This document shows positions 38,055 to 58,184 of a stretch of DNA of 64,000 bases, piece after piece (position 1 is the stretch's first letter; each line of letters begins with the position of its first letter). Both the position numbers and the translations under genes were made by a program. Below the pieces are notes generated by a model that did not search any database, had not been told where the DNA came from, and was given only the letters and a program-made list of their open reading frames with translations. The stretch spans positions 1 to 64,000 of the forward strand of contig NW_020845843.1 of assembly GCF_003704095.1 (NCBI RefSeq), read 5' to 3'. This DNA comes from Pocillopora damicornis. Taxonomy: Eukaryota.

Positions 38055-39322
38055 ATGAAGCCTGTCCTGTTGATAATGGTAACAAGCATTTGGCTGTGCT
38101 CTGCTTTTCAAGGTAAGGAAAAAGCAAAGTTCTACGTCGGTTAGGATTATGATGACAATATTAATTCCTTTTACTGGTTAACATACGTTTGTTTTATTTA
38201 GATAGTCTTGCATGCCAACTGAACGGTACATAGGAAGATTATGGAAGTTTTTTCCAGCAAAGCTATGGATCAGAATTGCTCTAATCTACCGTATTAGGGT
38301 ATTAATTAAGTTTTCCAAGTATAAATGATTGGAATCGATGTAGGCGGATTGTACGCGCGTCCCGAGACGCGAGGGCTAAGCGGTTAGCACGCTTAATCTT
38401 TGGTATCGTGTTCTAAGAATGGACTGTTTTCCTAACGGTTCCTCTTCTGACCGAACAGTAGAAATAGACACAGGTGAATGCTAATAGAAACGTGGGAAAT
38501 TGCTAAGGGAGAATAATCTGTGAAGGGGCAGCAATACTTCTAGTCCCTTGACATTTTGTTACCACGCTTCAATAGCCGTGTAAACCAGTACTATTTCATT
38601 TATCCTTGGATCAATATTTCTTTATTTCAATTAATTTACACAGTCGTAAAATATACAGGTCACGATTTAGTTGTTGACAATTGATTAACCTCACATTTTT
38701 ATGTAGATGTGTAGAAATTCAAGCCAACCATTAATGATCTGCGAAGCAAGGAAGCTTGTCTTTGTGGTATAAACCTAGATTCAAATATTTTATCATTGCT
38801 GTCCATTCAGAAACAGAGACGAGCACATTTTCCACAAGTTCGACCGTAACATCATCTAGCACGTCTAGCAAAACGTTTACACCCACGCTTTCCACCTCTG
38901 CTTCTACTTCTCTGAGCACCAGCAGCAGTAGTTGGGATTGGGGCTGGGGCGAGGAAACAACGTCATCGTTTAGTGTATCGAGCACGGACGGCACCATAAC
39001 CTCATCTTCATCATACTGTGAATCGACGTTAACGAGCTCTTCAAGTATCGAACTGAACCCCACGCCAACATCTGCAACAAGTTCTTCGAGCTCTTCAGAG
39101 GCAGTTGATACAATCATCACATTGTTTGCGTATTTGTATCAGGCTTGGGAAAATGATCGAGAAATCGACCATCTCAAAAAACGAAAGAGGCGCGAAGCCG
39201 AGAAACCAGGCCTATCTAAGAGAAGTGACCTAGCCTTTCATGAGAAAGAAAGACGACTGGGAAGAAGGAATGACTTCTTTAAGAAGATCCGCGCAAGGAA
39301 ACGGGAAAACCTTACGATGTAA
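38055..39322 (+). CDS. Uncharacterised secreted Ser/Thr-rich protein (~197 aa) with multibasic C-terminus; exons 38055-38112, 38202-38225, (possible 38459-38473), 38811-39322
   Basis: Signal peptide MKPVLLIMVTSIWLCSAFQ with strong donor (ag|gtaagg). Phase-1 exons join in frame to the Ser/Thr-rich ORF. Acceptor upstream of the ATG (~38017) implies a non-coding first exon. Confidence 0.75.
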
Positions 39323-40233
39323 TATATTTGCGGTAGGAATCTTATTGCAGCAAAATAAGCAAACACATAAACACATATAAGCAAACAAAAAGGATAAACA
39401 TTTATCTAGAAGTGACATTTACCAAGGTCAGAAAGAGCTGGACATTTTCAAAATATTTGAGATTCTGATAGAGTACTTTTCGATTGAGTGATGTAAACCC
39501 AGTGTATAGTCACTACATAGTAACTGCATGCACATTATGTCCGTTGGATCAAAAGGAAGATCGCAAACGATTGCTCTGCACAATGTAGGCGAGATAGTAT
39601 TACAAACAGTTATACCAGTTAGAAACATTTTAACATTTTCATCTACAAACATGTTTAGTTTGCTCTAAGTACTAGTGTGAAGATAGATAAACTCTGCTCG
39701 GCTGCTACGAATTTAAACCTTCATCTTCCTCATTTGTAATGTGCCACTGTCTGGGCTGGGAAGTTCTAGAGCCTGTTGGTTTCTAGAGACGTATTGATAT
39801 TTACTTGAACGCAACAAAATCTGGTTTAATAAAAACAAACAGGTTGCCGGAAATATGCCATATTCGAACAATGGCGAGGGCGGGTCGAGCTGAGAAACAA
39901 TATCCTTTAGTCACTATATATTGGAATTATGTAGAATTATCATCCATACACTACGAATTTTTCTCCAAATCATCGTGGGGATTACACAGACATCGCATGA
40001 GTTCTTCCCCATAGGAAAACTTTGCACTGCAGGATTATCCATGTACTGATCCTCTCACGAGTTCCAAAATCACACGTAATCTTAGAAATAACTTCAGAAG
40101 GAAACCCTTTAGAACAAAGCCTCCATGAGAAATTCAAACACGTGACATCCCCGAAGACAGGAAAACGCTCGTTGTAAAATAAATCTCTCTATTTTAAAAC
40201 TATTTCAGTTATCTATAAAATTGTTATCTAAAT

Positions 40234-42951
40234 TTATTTTGAAACCGAGGAGAGTTGATCTCGTATTTTCCCAAGTCCATCCAACATGGTGTCAAGTTTC
40301 TCCTTAGTCAGTTCCACATTAAGACGCCGCACTGACGGCATTGAATTCTGTTCTGTGGCATTTTCTTGAACCTTCAAATAAAACAGGAATGGTCACTCAA
40401 AAGTGTGGATGTATCCTGTACGAATGGAAAGTGTCAGTTGCTGTAAGAAACTTGACAGGGGCAGCGGTTTATTGGTTGGCTCGCCGAACACCATATCACA
40501 AAGAGCAGAAGAATCGTGACAAAATTAATAACAACTTTCCTAAGATTCTCTGTTAACTTGTTGATGAAGCATCCTTCTGCGAAATCGATACTAACGTGTA
40601 CGATAAATACCTTCTTTATAGAAATAGTAGAGATGGTAAGTTTTCAGCTCGGTGAAGAATTAAGAAGATGTTTTTTCGTCTTGTCACGAGCGTGGGACAA
40701 AGAAAAAATTATTTCTATCCAAAAAACATAACGCTATCGACATTGCTGATCCTAGCAGTATGCAGGACGCGTGTCATATGAACTTCGTAATAGACTTCGC
40801 TCACCGAAGAGTCTCTGTGGTTCAGTGTTAGAGCATCGTAGCTCACATCCGAAGGTCTGAGGTTCGATTCCTCATGGGGACTCAGAATTTTTTCTTTGTC
40901 CCACGCTCGTGACAAGACGAAAAAACATCTTTCTTACCTTCTTTATATTTTGACAAAGACAAGTCAGTGTAATACTGTTGTTTTTAATAAACTCGATTTT
41001 ACCTAGAAATACCTGTAACAATCGCATCGACCCAAGAGACTGAAATAATACAAAGAAATTTGAAAGCTGAACAAGAATTTATAGTTCCAAGAATAGAATG
41101 GTAAACTCGGTTTTCTTAAAACAAACCTGTAGCTGCATAATACATGTCGGCATAGACATTCTGCTGATGACGTTCGAAGACGTTTTGACATCCACTCTCC
41201 AATCAAAGTCAATCAGCTTTGGCAATGAAACTGTCAAAAACACAAAAAAAAACACAGTAAGTCAGTCAAACACTGGGCGGGGGGAGGGAGAACGGCCCTC
41301 CACCCAAACTTAGAGCGTCACTTTTAGCTTGAAACACAAAATGACCAAACACTGATAAACACAACGAACAAGCTCAAAACTTCATCATCTCTCTTAGTTT
41401 ATACACGCACAGAAACTTTCGGCATTTCGATTGTTGTATATAAACGTAGTCTACTGTTCAGCCTGCAGAAGCGTCATGTTTTTCCTCTTTTTTCGTATTT
41501 TCGGGCGAGTGAAGGCAACCGCGACGGGCAAGTCTTCATTTTTAATATAAGTTGTTGAAAAAGTTTTAAAAATCCTCCGTTTTGGAATTACACTGTTTCG
41601 TGTTTGGAAACAAAAGTTCTCTTCTTTTATCTTGTCAGATGTGCCTCCAGTAAATAAAACTTTTTAATAACCGAATCGGAATTTTGGATAAACGCAAAAC
41701 AAAACAGGTCTGCGTTAACAGTTTTTACTAATATCACTCTACCTTGCTCGTTAATGGCATTTGTCCTCCACAGGGGCCTGACAAATAAAAACAGCAAAAT
41801 CGCCAAAAACTTGAATGCATGACTGAAAATATTTGACGGATTCCTTCTGGCTAGAAGATTGTCTACTTAGGGTAAAGTTCGGCGGCAAAGCCCATCAATA
41901 ATGCGTAGGAATATTTCTATCTCAATAGTTCACTGGGGAAATTTTTCCTTGCTTTCTCCTCACAACCATCACTTTTTCATCTTTCTTCATCCCTAAATAA
42001 CACCTCATGCTTGTTTTTCAGTGGTTCACTAACATAGATGATTGGGGTTCATGTAACAGTTTCAGAGTCTCATACGTAACATTTAATTAGATTGTATTAA
42101 AAAGTTGAACACTCACATATTTTCAGCAATAATCTTGGAAATAAGTTCTCTAAGATTCTTGTGAAAGTTCTCTAAAAAAGTATTACCAAAAGTATCTTTA
42201 GTTCATAGAGGTGACATAGCTGTAGCCAATTGCATATCAATTGTAAAATCCTTGAGTTTTCATCCCCAAAATAAGTACCAGTAAGGTTTCAAGGTTTTTA
42301 ACAAATCCCACAATCAGTGCCTACTCAAAAAACCCCCTTGATCCAAGTTGCGCTGTGTAAAATCTCAGGTTGCTAACTGATGCAAAATCAGCAAGTCTTG
42401 CTTAACATAGATGTTCAGTATCTTGAAATTAACCCAAAGACCTTTGATTGCTGGGCAGAAATGAAAGGGTAGTAAAAATATCCTAATTTAAAGTATGTTA
42501 TAAATATTTTAGTGTTTACATACCTGGAAACAAATCATATACTGCTTTTGGGTCTGTAAGGCATTCAAACAATGCTGCACGGACCACTGCCACAAGGCTC
42601 TCCATTAACTAAAACAATACATTACAATCAAATGGAACAGTTTCTGTCTTACAAAGTAATTAATGAATCAATAAATCAGAAATAATTTGATTTCTAAAAT
42701 TTATTTACTTGTGATATTTAGACAATCTGGCCCCATTCATTTTTAAAGCTGGTTTATATGAGGACCCAAATAAACAATAACAAGGCCAGACTACAACACT
42801 ACAAGCTAGATTCCCTACTCTGTGTGAGAAGTGTATGGGTTCATCCCTTGCTAAACAGTACAGAGAAGATGCAGGAGACAGTTTACTTTCCTCATCCAAG
42901 AAGATCAGAATGCCTAGCCAATTGCAGATTTCATAGCAAATGCAGCACATC

Positions 42952-42985
<34 letters not shown>

Positions 42986-44204
42986 TGGTCTGGGGCTTGA
43001 ACCATCAACCTCCCACATGACAGTCTGGCACTCTACAACATGATGTAACCAAGCCTGGTTAAACTTTTCCTACTAAAGCATGATCTTAGCCTGTAGTAAT
43101 GTGCCCTAACAAATGAGTGAGGTGTTCATTCTCTTACCAATCTTGCTTCATCAAGTCCTGCATCTAAGGAAGCTGCTACATTTTTGAGAACAGATACTGA
43201 GACTGAGTGGAAAAAGAAAAAAATATATTAATATTTCTTTTAAGTTAGCATATTCATCTTGATTGATAACATCAAATTGTTAATTCCAAGGAGATACTTA
43301 TCATTGTTCAGTCCTAGGATTGAAATTTAAGGGTTAATCCAGAAAAGCTTAACTTAGGCTGTGATTTTAGACAATTGGTGGACCTTATGACATCTTCATA
43401 AATGTGTTGTTTAGAAAAAATACGAAACGCTAGTAACCTAAAATAAATTGTGCAATGAAAAACAAAAAAAAAACCTTTTAAAGGACACTAACCTGCATCA
43501 CTTCTGTAACTAAAAGCTTCGTGGAAAAGGGTGCGCACAAATTCTTTTGACTGAGCCTAGAATGAGTCATTGAACAGAATGAACAAATAAGTACTAGCGG
43601 GGAACGATATCTGGAAAATATAAGGGCCTTTCTAATCATAATCAACTTTTAAGTCTCTCATTTCCTTTGTATCATAGTTTTCCGTATTTTTTTTTTTTGG
43701 GGGGGGGGGGGCAAAAGAATCCATAAACTGTCTCGAAGTGCCAATGTTTAAAGCTCATCCAGGAGCGTGGATGCTGGGAAACTTGAAAAATTTTTAACCA
43801 CAGACAGAATCAGTGACCTGTCGGTTTACATTCAATAGAAAGTGGAAGGTATTAATTAAGGACGTTGACTCGATCGAGGTCGCAGAGAAAATTCTTGTTC
43901 GCTGACTCCCCTAGTCCGACACAGAAGAGGGTAAGATTTCCCAACTCTCTAATTGGTATCCCAATCTTATGGTCATACTAGGCTTGTATTTTCGGAAAAC
44001 CTGTGTCACTACCTCTAAGTTGTTCGTAGTAGGGCAATTTGATCTTGCACGATCAGGCTCCTGTCAATGAATAAAATTTAAGGCTGTCCAACCTACAAAA
44101 ATATATGTTCCAGTGTTTCCTTTAAAGTATTTATCGGCAACTTTTCTCACCTTGAGCAGCAACGTTAGCGGAGGGAAGACATCTTCACTTAACCCAGCCG
44201 CCAT
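40234..44204 (-). CDS. COMMD9: COMM domain-containing protein 9, 199 aa; exons 44204-44151, 43556-43493, 43202-43138, 42608-42524, 42171-42117, 41777-41743, 41230-41127, 40371-40234
   Basis: MAAGLSEDVFPPLTLLLKAQSKEFVR...LFP.NFHKNLRELISKII...SLPKLIDFDWRVDVKTSSNVISRMSMPTCIMQLQ...VELTKEKLDTMLDGLGKIRDQLSSVSK matches COMMD9 along its length. Confidence 0.95.
40621..40934 (+). mobile_element. tRNA-derived non-autonomous retroelement with an inverted 5' segment and 13-bp TSD
   Basis: TSD taccttctttata (40608-40620 and 40935-40947). tRNA-like cloverleaf at 40811-40882 with A box and B box GGTTCGATTCC. Perfect 46-bp inverted repeat 40665-40710 / 40886-40931. Confidence 0.85.
42820..43045 (-). mobile_element. 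Degenerate tRNA-derived SINE in a COMMD9 intron
   Basis: The minus strand reads gttgtagagtgccagactgtcatgtgggaggttgatggttcaagccccagaccagacc (tRNA-like head with B box), followed by aacactcagggtcttaaaataactgagg. Confidence 0.55.
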
Positions 44205-45971
<1,767 letters not shown>

Positions 45972-47177
45972 ACAGGTTTTAAGAACAAAGAAAGTCTATT
46001 TTGATTCATCATTCTATCCAGTGGAATTTTTGGAAGTTCTGCAGTTTGTCCTACTATTACTGATGTCCTTTTAGAGTGACAGTCATCATGGGGGAAGAGA
46101 GAAGAAAAATTGCAACAGCACCTAATTTTTTGCTCACATTTTACACATGCCTGTGTGCAAATTCCTCAAGCTCAAGCTTGTTGTCCTTGGCCTATAAGTA
46201 ACAGTGAAGATTGCTTTGCAAGCTACATAAGAGAATGATTTTATCAAGTTTTCATTGTACAACAACTAACATTTAATAATTATCTATATTTTATTCAAAA
46301 AGAGATGGGTAAGTATTGTTGCACCTTTGTACACCCTGTTTCTTTTGATAAGCACAGAGAGACACAAAGGGGTTGAGACTTGGCTACATGAACATAATTT
46401 GCAGAGATTACAACTACAGTGTTGAAGGGCAATATTACTGACTTCCTAGAATGACTTTCCTTTTCCATTTACTACTTTCTACATGTAGAGCAGATTAAAT
46501 AACAAATAAATAAACAAAAAAAAATTTCTAGGCAACCCATCTCAGTGAGTAATGTACTTTGCAGAAATAAGGTGACCAACACTTACCTGTACATAGCAAA
46601 GGTGTTTATGCAACATAAAATAAAAAATAGAATTCACTTGAGGACAAACTGCAGTATTACTAGACCAAAAATTTGTTTCTTAATTACAACCTTTTTAAAA
46701 TAAAATGTGTAAGCCTGAAAAAGTATTTTGATTGTGGTATACTTCTTAAAAACAGTATGTCATTTTTGACTCAAATTTTTGCAAGCCACTTATTCTCAAA
46801 AATTATATCCCAAGTTGAACAAGTTGCTTGTACAGAAATTCAATAACAGTTCTATCTCAGCAAAATAGTGCCGCCCTTTTACATTATATACTTACAACTA
46901 ACTTACTGTAAGGATAGCTGTAAGTGATTTATGAAATATGATTTTGAAATATACACTGCCTTCAATTTAACTGATCCCATAGGAACATTATCAAGAGGTT
47001 CTTACATAGAGATGTAAATATCAGAACTGTCAGCTATGAAGCTGAAAAGATTCCTTCATTTTGTACATCATTAAAATATAACATTGTAAAATAATGAAAT
47101 GTTGGACCAAAGTTTACAAAGTGTAAGTATGAGGTTATATTTTAAAAGGCACAGTCCTATTTAACCTTAGATAACTT

Positions 47178-50100
47178 TTAATGTGATGTTTCAAGTGTTT
47201 CTGTGTATTTGGATTCATCTTCAGTCCTCAGCGTTGTCCATTTGTTTGAAATTTTGTTTTTGTTCCATGCATTGGCAAAGTCAACAAACTTGTCCCAAAA
47301 GTCTGATTTTGATGTCTCGTCAAAGTAGCCAGTCTCACTAGCAAACTTGCGCTGTGAAGAAAAACAATTTAAGAAAACAAATCTTGATTTTCAACTACAA
47401 CTTATTTAATATTTTGCAGTAAAGTTGTTGATACAGGCAAGAATCTTTATTTTTAACAACCATTTAGAACATCAGTCCTGCAATTCAAGATTTTGGGCCA
47501 CTAGCTAAATACATGAAGAGCAAAAATAAAGTTAACATTTTTAAGGATTGCAGCTTAAATCTAGGAGATTAAACCGGTGAATTACAGAAACCACAAGTTA
47601 CAGTTGTATGCTCAAGTTAGGTTGTCAAGGCAATCATACAATGGATAAAATGCCAGTGCAGTATAACTTTAAACAAAAAAAAAACATTTTAGGTAGCAAA
47701 AATCAAAAGTTATACCAGTAGCATTGCAGTCTTTGTAGCATTTTTCATCTCTTCCTCCTTGGTCTTGAAGGGGGCATACAACTTATTAGTGAATTCAGCT
47801 ATTTTCAGATGATTTAATTTTCTGTTGAGAACCTGTAAGGTGAAAGGTTTGGCAAACATCAGTTCATTCAGGCTGGTGGTTTGAATTTAGAATTCAACCA
47901 TTGAACAGTGAGACCATGAATATCTGTATATTTGCTAAAAATGCATGATAGAAAGTTTATTGTCTCACCTTCTTTCTTATGTCTGCTCTCCATAATGTGT
48001 ATTTTTCTTTGCAATATGATACACAACTGGCCACATGGTGGGCATCAACTCTATCAGCTCCTCCTAACAGGACCTCAATTTTTTCCTGAAACAAGGACAT
48101 ACATCTCAAAAAGGGAACTTATGGTAATGACTATGCCTTGTAAATAAAACATACAAGCACATGCATGAAACATTGTTACAAAGAAGAAAAAGAAGAAAAA
48201 GGAAAATGATTCCTCCCCAATACAAGGTTATTGGATACACAATTAATTATGTGGGAGATGGTGACCTGACCAAGATCTAAAATGTGGCTGGTTCCCTTAT
48301 TTGATCTATTCTAGCCATCTGTAATCACACCAACTGGTTCTTTGTTTAATTATCCTGGTTAAAGGTTTAGCAACTAAGCACATGAATTGATAATGTTCAT
48401 ATTTTGGCCATTAATTTTGTCATCAATGCAAGCATAATTACCTTTAATTTATCCAAAGAACCATTGACAAGCCATGGTCCATATGTAACAAATATTTCTT
48501 TTGCTTTTAACACCAGTTCCCTCTATCCAAAAATAATTAATGGGGAAGAACACAAAGAGTACATTGCTTTGTAAATTTACTAAAAGCTATTATTCACATA
48601 AAGTACCACAAAAATATAAAAAAATAATGATAAAAGAATAATAATATAGTAACCATAATATTACTATTGACAATAGTAATGATAATTATAGCAATGCTGG
48701 ATGCCAATAACAGTGACCTAAAAATTGAAGAAAATAATAATGACAATGGTAATAGCAAAAATTGAATACTTTCTGCTTAGATCTTGATGAGCTACCAAAA
48801 TCATGTTTGAATTAGGATCCAATGCATACAAGCTGTGGTGTATAAGAAGCATTATGAAATTGAACTTGCTGAAAAACAGTACCTCGAATCCACATGTCTT
48901 GACAGTGAATGGAAATTTCTTTTGGTTTTGCACTTGTTGTTTCAATTCATGCAGCTCAGCCAATGCTTGCTGTAGAAGTCCTGAATTCTCTTGAGTTTGT
49001 TTCAAGAGGTCAGTGAGGAGTCGTTCCACTGTAATTAAAGAGGAAAGGAAATTACATTGTAAGTGAACTCTGCAGTCTGTTAAATGTATGTATATTCAAC
49101 CCTAGCCCTAACCATATGCACCAACCTGTAGATGGTAGGCCAGTTATAACAGCATACTGTTGACCATTGCTTGCAGAACTTGAGGGTTCTGACAGTGTTA
49201 CTTGATAAACACTAGAGTCATTCACAATGGCTGCTTCTTCTTGTAGCTTTAAAATATACAGAAGAAGAAGGAGACATAATATGAGTCACCCTATCAGTAG
49301 GGTAGGGTTTGGGTTGTTGCCAAAACATATCCATTTCAAGACTGCTGGCCTGCACCCAGAAATTAGAACAAAAGGTTTTTTTTTTTTTAAAGACACCAGC
49401 AAAACCATAAACTCCTTCCAGGTAAATTTCAAAGGTACTGATATGAAACTTTGAGGTGTTGCAGTCTTAAATTCCCTGAGAAGAGGGAAGGGAGGAAGTT
49501 CAAATACAACATAGACGTGCGTAAAACATAGGCATGCATAGCATGGAAGAATTATTTTTTCAGCTGGGTAGGTCAAAATGGGACACTTTGTGTTCCTGGT
49601 GTTTTTATAACTTTCAAAAGAATGAAAATATCACATTACTTCACTTCAAAAGAAAGAGAAAAAACAATCTCTCTAAACTCACACAGATATTTTGTGGTCT
49701 ATTGTCTCTATTTTCTGACTACTTCTGTGCAAAAGTAAAATGCATTGGTGCCATGCTTACTGCAGTCTCCCTTGCAGCCGTTGTTTGGTCTCATCATACA
49801 ACACCTCCTATTCCTCATTTGAGAGAGCACCATTGTGTGACAAGATCAAATAACGGTTGGGAAAGAGATTATGCTTACAGCTGTTCCTCTGACAGAAAGA
49901 AATCAAAATTATTGATCTACAGTTAGTCGCCTCAAAAACATAATTTCAGGCAATTTTACAGCAAAAAGCAGACTGAAAAGACCCCAACCAAAAATATATT
50001 GTGATCTCGTATGAGCGAAGATACACTTAGCAAGGGAAAAGGATAATATTTCAAAGAGGGCTCCTTGATTGGTTGTTGCCCATCTGGATTATTCTTGTAG

Positions 50101-50670
50101 AAAAAATAACTAAAAAAAATTGCAATGTGTCACACATAAAAAATGGAATGTCCTTGCAGTCAGTTTTGGCACAGTGTTGGGAAATACATCGATGCCTGCA
50201 TTGCCCTTTCAAAATACATTTAGTGCGCCCATTTTTTTAATATTTCTGTTCTAAAATCTGAACCTTTACTATGATTCTCCAAGTTAAAATCCCTCCAGAG
50301 CCAGAAACATACCGGGAAAACTGAGGTGCATGGTAACGAAGTTAATCAATATCAAACGTAGGGATCCTGTTCAATACAATATGTTTTTGGAATGAACAGT
50401 GAAAAAGGTCAAGAAAATCTAAGCACAGTTTGTTTCCAAATTCACCCTGAGCTCGCCAATGACACAACTTGTTCGTCATATGTTGGCTGAGGCATTCCAT
50501 TATATTCATGAACGATATAGGAGCCATATTGGTGGCCAGTGTATGTCCGTGTATTCATGCTACATTGTAAAGTGGAGGTATTTTTGTCATTTGAGACCTT
50601 TTCCACAATAACTTACCGCTACATTGTTATTCAAGTTAACTTCATCTTCATCAAAGTTTAGAGTTGTCAT
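47178..50670 (-). CDS. Uncharacterised protein, 269 aa, with coiled coil; exons 50670-50617, 49246-49126, 49028-48883, 48522-48442, 48085-47969, 47832-47716, 47351-47178
   Basis: Seven GT-AG exons join without stops: MTTLNFDEDEVNLNNNVA|LQEEAA...|VERLLTDLLKQTQENSGLLQQALAELHELKQQVQ...|RELVLKAKEIFVTYGPW...|...SYCKEKYTLWRADIRKK|VLNRKL...|RKFASETG...DFWDKFVDFANAW...TSH*. Confidence 0.8.
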
Positions 50671-50999
50671 CCTTTTTGACAATAACAAAAGATTCGCTTC
50701 TTACTTGGGCTAAGACACTCACATTTGAAGATCGGAAAAAGTCGAGGTGTTCTCGCGAATATCATCCGAAGATGATCCGAACATTTTCAACTCAGAAAAA
50801 AAAGAATAAGTACAGAAGTAAATCTCGAAAAATTATCCTTTTTATATTAAACACATGAAAATTTGTAAAAAAAATCAATAAAATCACGTGTAATTGATGG
50901 TTCTTTTAAAGCACAAAAAAAACTCCGAAAGCTATCGGCCAGTCGAAAAATTTTGAGTCAAGTAAACTGGGTACTAGACGACATCTGCAAGCGTTCAAA
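50671..50999. promoter_or_regulatory. Bidirectional promoter region uncharacterised gene/RUVBL2
   Basis: Divergent ATGs 329 bp apart; CpG-rich; E-box CACGTG at 50885-50890; palindrome TTCTCGCGAA near 50750; YY1-type AAAATGGCGGC at the RUVBL2 start. Confidence 0.7.
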
Positions 51000-56955
<5,956 letters not shown>

Positions 56956-57849
56956 TGAAAATTTCGCATTCCAGTATACACTGCGTGTTACATTTCTTTC
57001 CAGATCCAAGGAGGAGTTCTGTGTGTTGCCATGAGCATCAAAATAGACTCTTATCGCGAACTAACAACCAACTACAACCTGCAAATTGCAGTATTGAATA
57101 GACTCACTGTAGCTAAATTGCGCCTTTTCAACGACGACAAGTTTGTTTTATTCAAAAACGCAATAACTAGTCGAATTGTAAGTACCTGCTATTTCGCTAT
57201 CACTGCTCTAAGCACTTCAATTTGGCCCATTTTAGCATTGGAATCGCACCATTCAATAATTATTACGAGCTATGAAATCTGTTTATTTGATATGGGATGT
57301 GGTTTGTAGTGAGTGTTGTCGTAGAGACTGTTTATAATAAAAAAAAAACTAGCATTTTACATCTTTATGGCTAGTGTCGTACAACCCACCTCCTTCAATA
57401 TAGAGTATTGGCATCATTCAGACTGCGTGAGGCAGGCCGAATTGAAGCCTATTGTAGCCAGAAGACTACAGTGTACTGGGCCAATACTAACAACCATCGT
57501 ATTGGAATTGCTTGCGTTTCGACCACGGTGGCTGAAAGTCTCTCTCACAGAGAAGTGATATATATTTGATGAGTACCACGTATCGCAAGTCTTTGGCCAA
57601 AGCCTTTTTCATTTTTGTCCTTCAGGACCTGCTGAACGAGTGTTCTACTGATCCGTACTTCTAACCAAAATGATGGCGGGTCTGGCAACGAGATTGACAT
57701 GTTTTCCGAAGAACGCAAGAATGCCAACCTTAAATGAAACAGATCGGATAACTTTTAATTAGGTTTTTTGACAAAGTATCTGGCCAACAACCCTAAAATT
57801 AAAGATCTTTGCTGTTCATTGTGATTTTGTTAGATTGTCTATTTTTGTT

Positions 57850-57945
57850 TGTTACGGTTTGCGCGCCTCCTGATCGATCAATTCTCCCGCCAGTTTTTGC
57901 GCGCGTTTTCCAAGTTGGTAGCCGCTTCAATTTCCCCGCCAATCG
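57850..57945 (+). promoter_or_regulatory. MSH4 promoter with clustered E2F-like sites and a CCAAT box
   Basis: tttgcgcgcc, ttctcccgcc, ttttgcgcgcg and tttccccgccaat within ~90 bp, about 250-330 bp upstream of the predicted ATG. Confidence 0.45.
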
Positions 57946-58184
57946 CCACTTGTCAGGAATGAAATCTGCTTTCGGGGGGAATTTGGCCGGTTGATTTGTC
58001 AGTGAACATTTACAGTTCAGACACTGCACGAATAAGATGTAATTACGAAATATTGAAAGATACCTGCTCCCAAGAGAGGAACAAGTGACCTTATCTGAAC
58101 ATTCTGGCCACTACTGACTACGGCTCTTTTTTCTGTGGAGTTTTCCAGCAGGATAAGAGTTGTAGGAGGAAACTTATAAGAAAA

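Noticed and set aside
38731-39120. Antisense acidic ORF (129 aa) and other short shadow ORFs such as 1461-1724, 10217-10540 and 11063-11389
   Set aside because: They are reverse-strand or off-frame shadows of low-complexity coding exons, with no independent gene signals.
40811-40882. tRNA gene with TCA anticodon (Sec or opal suppressor)
   Set aside because: Lacks U33, purine 37 and the long variable arm; the anticodon stem has a mismatch and the acceptor stem has several G-U pairs; it lies inside a TSD-flanked insertion. It is a tRNA-derived retroelement part, not a tRNA.
48620-48760. AT-rich (AAT/ATA)n-like stretch
   Set aside because: Degenerate intronic microsatellite with no further structure.
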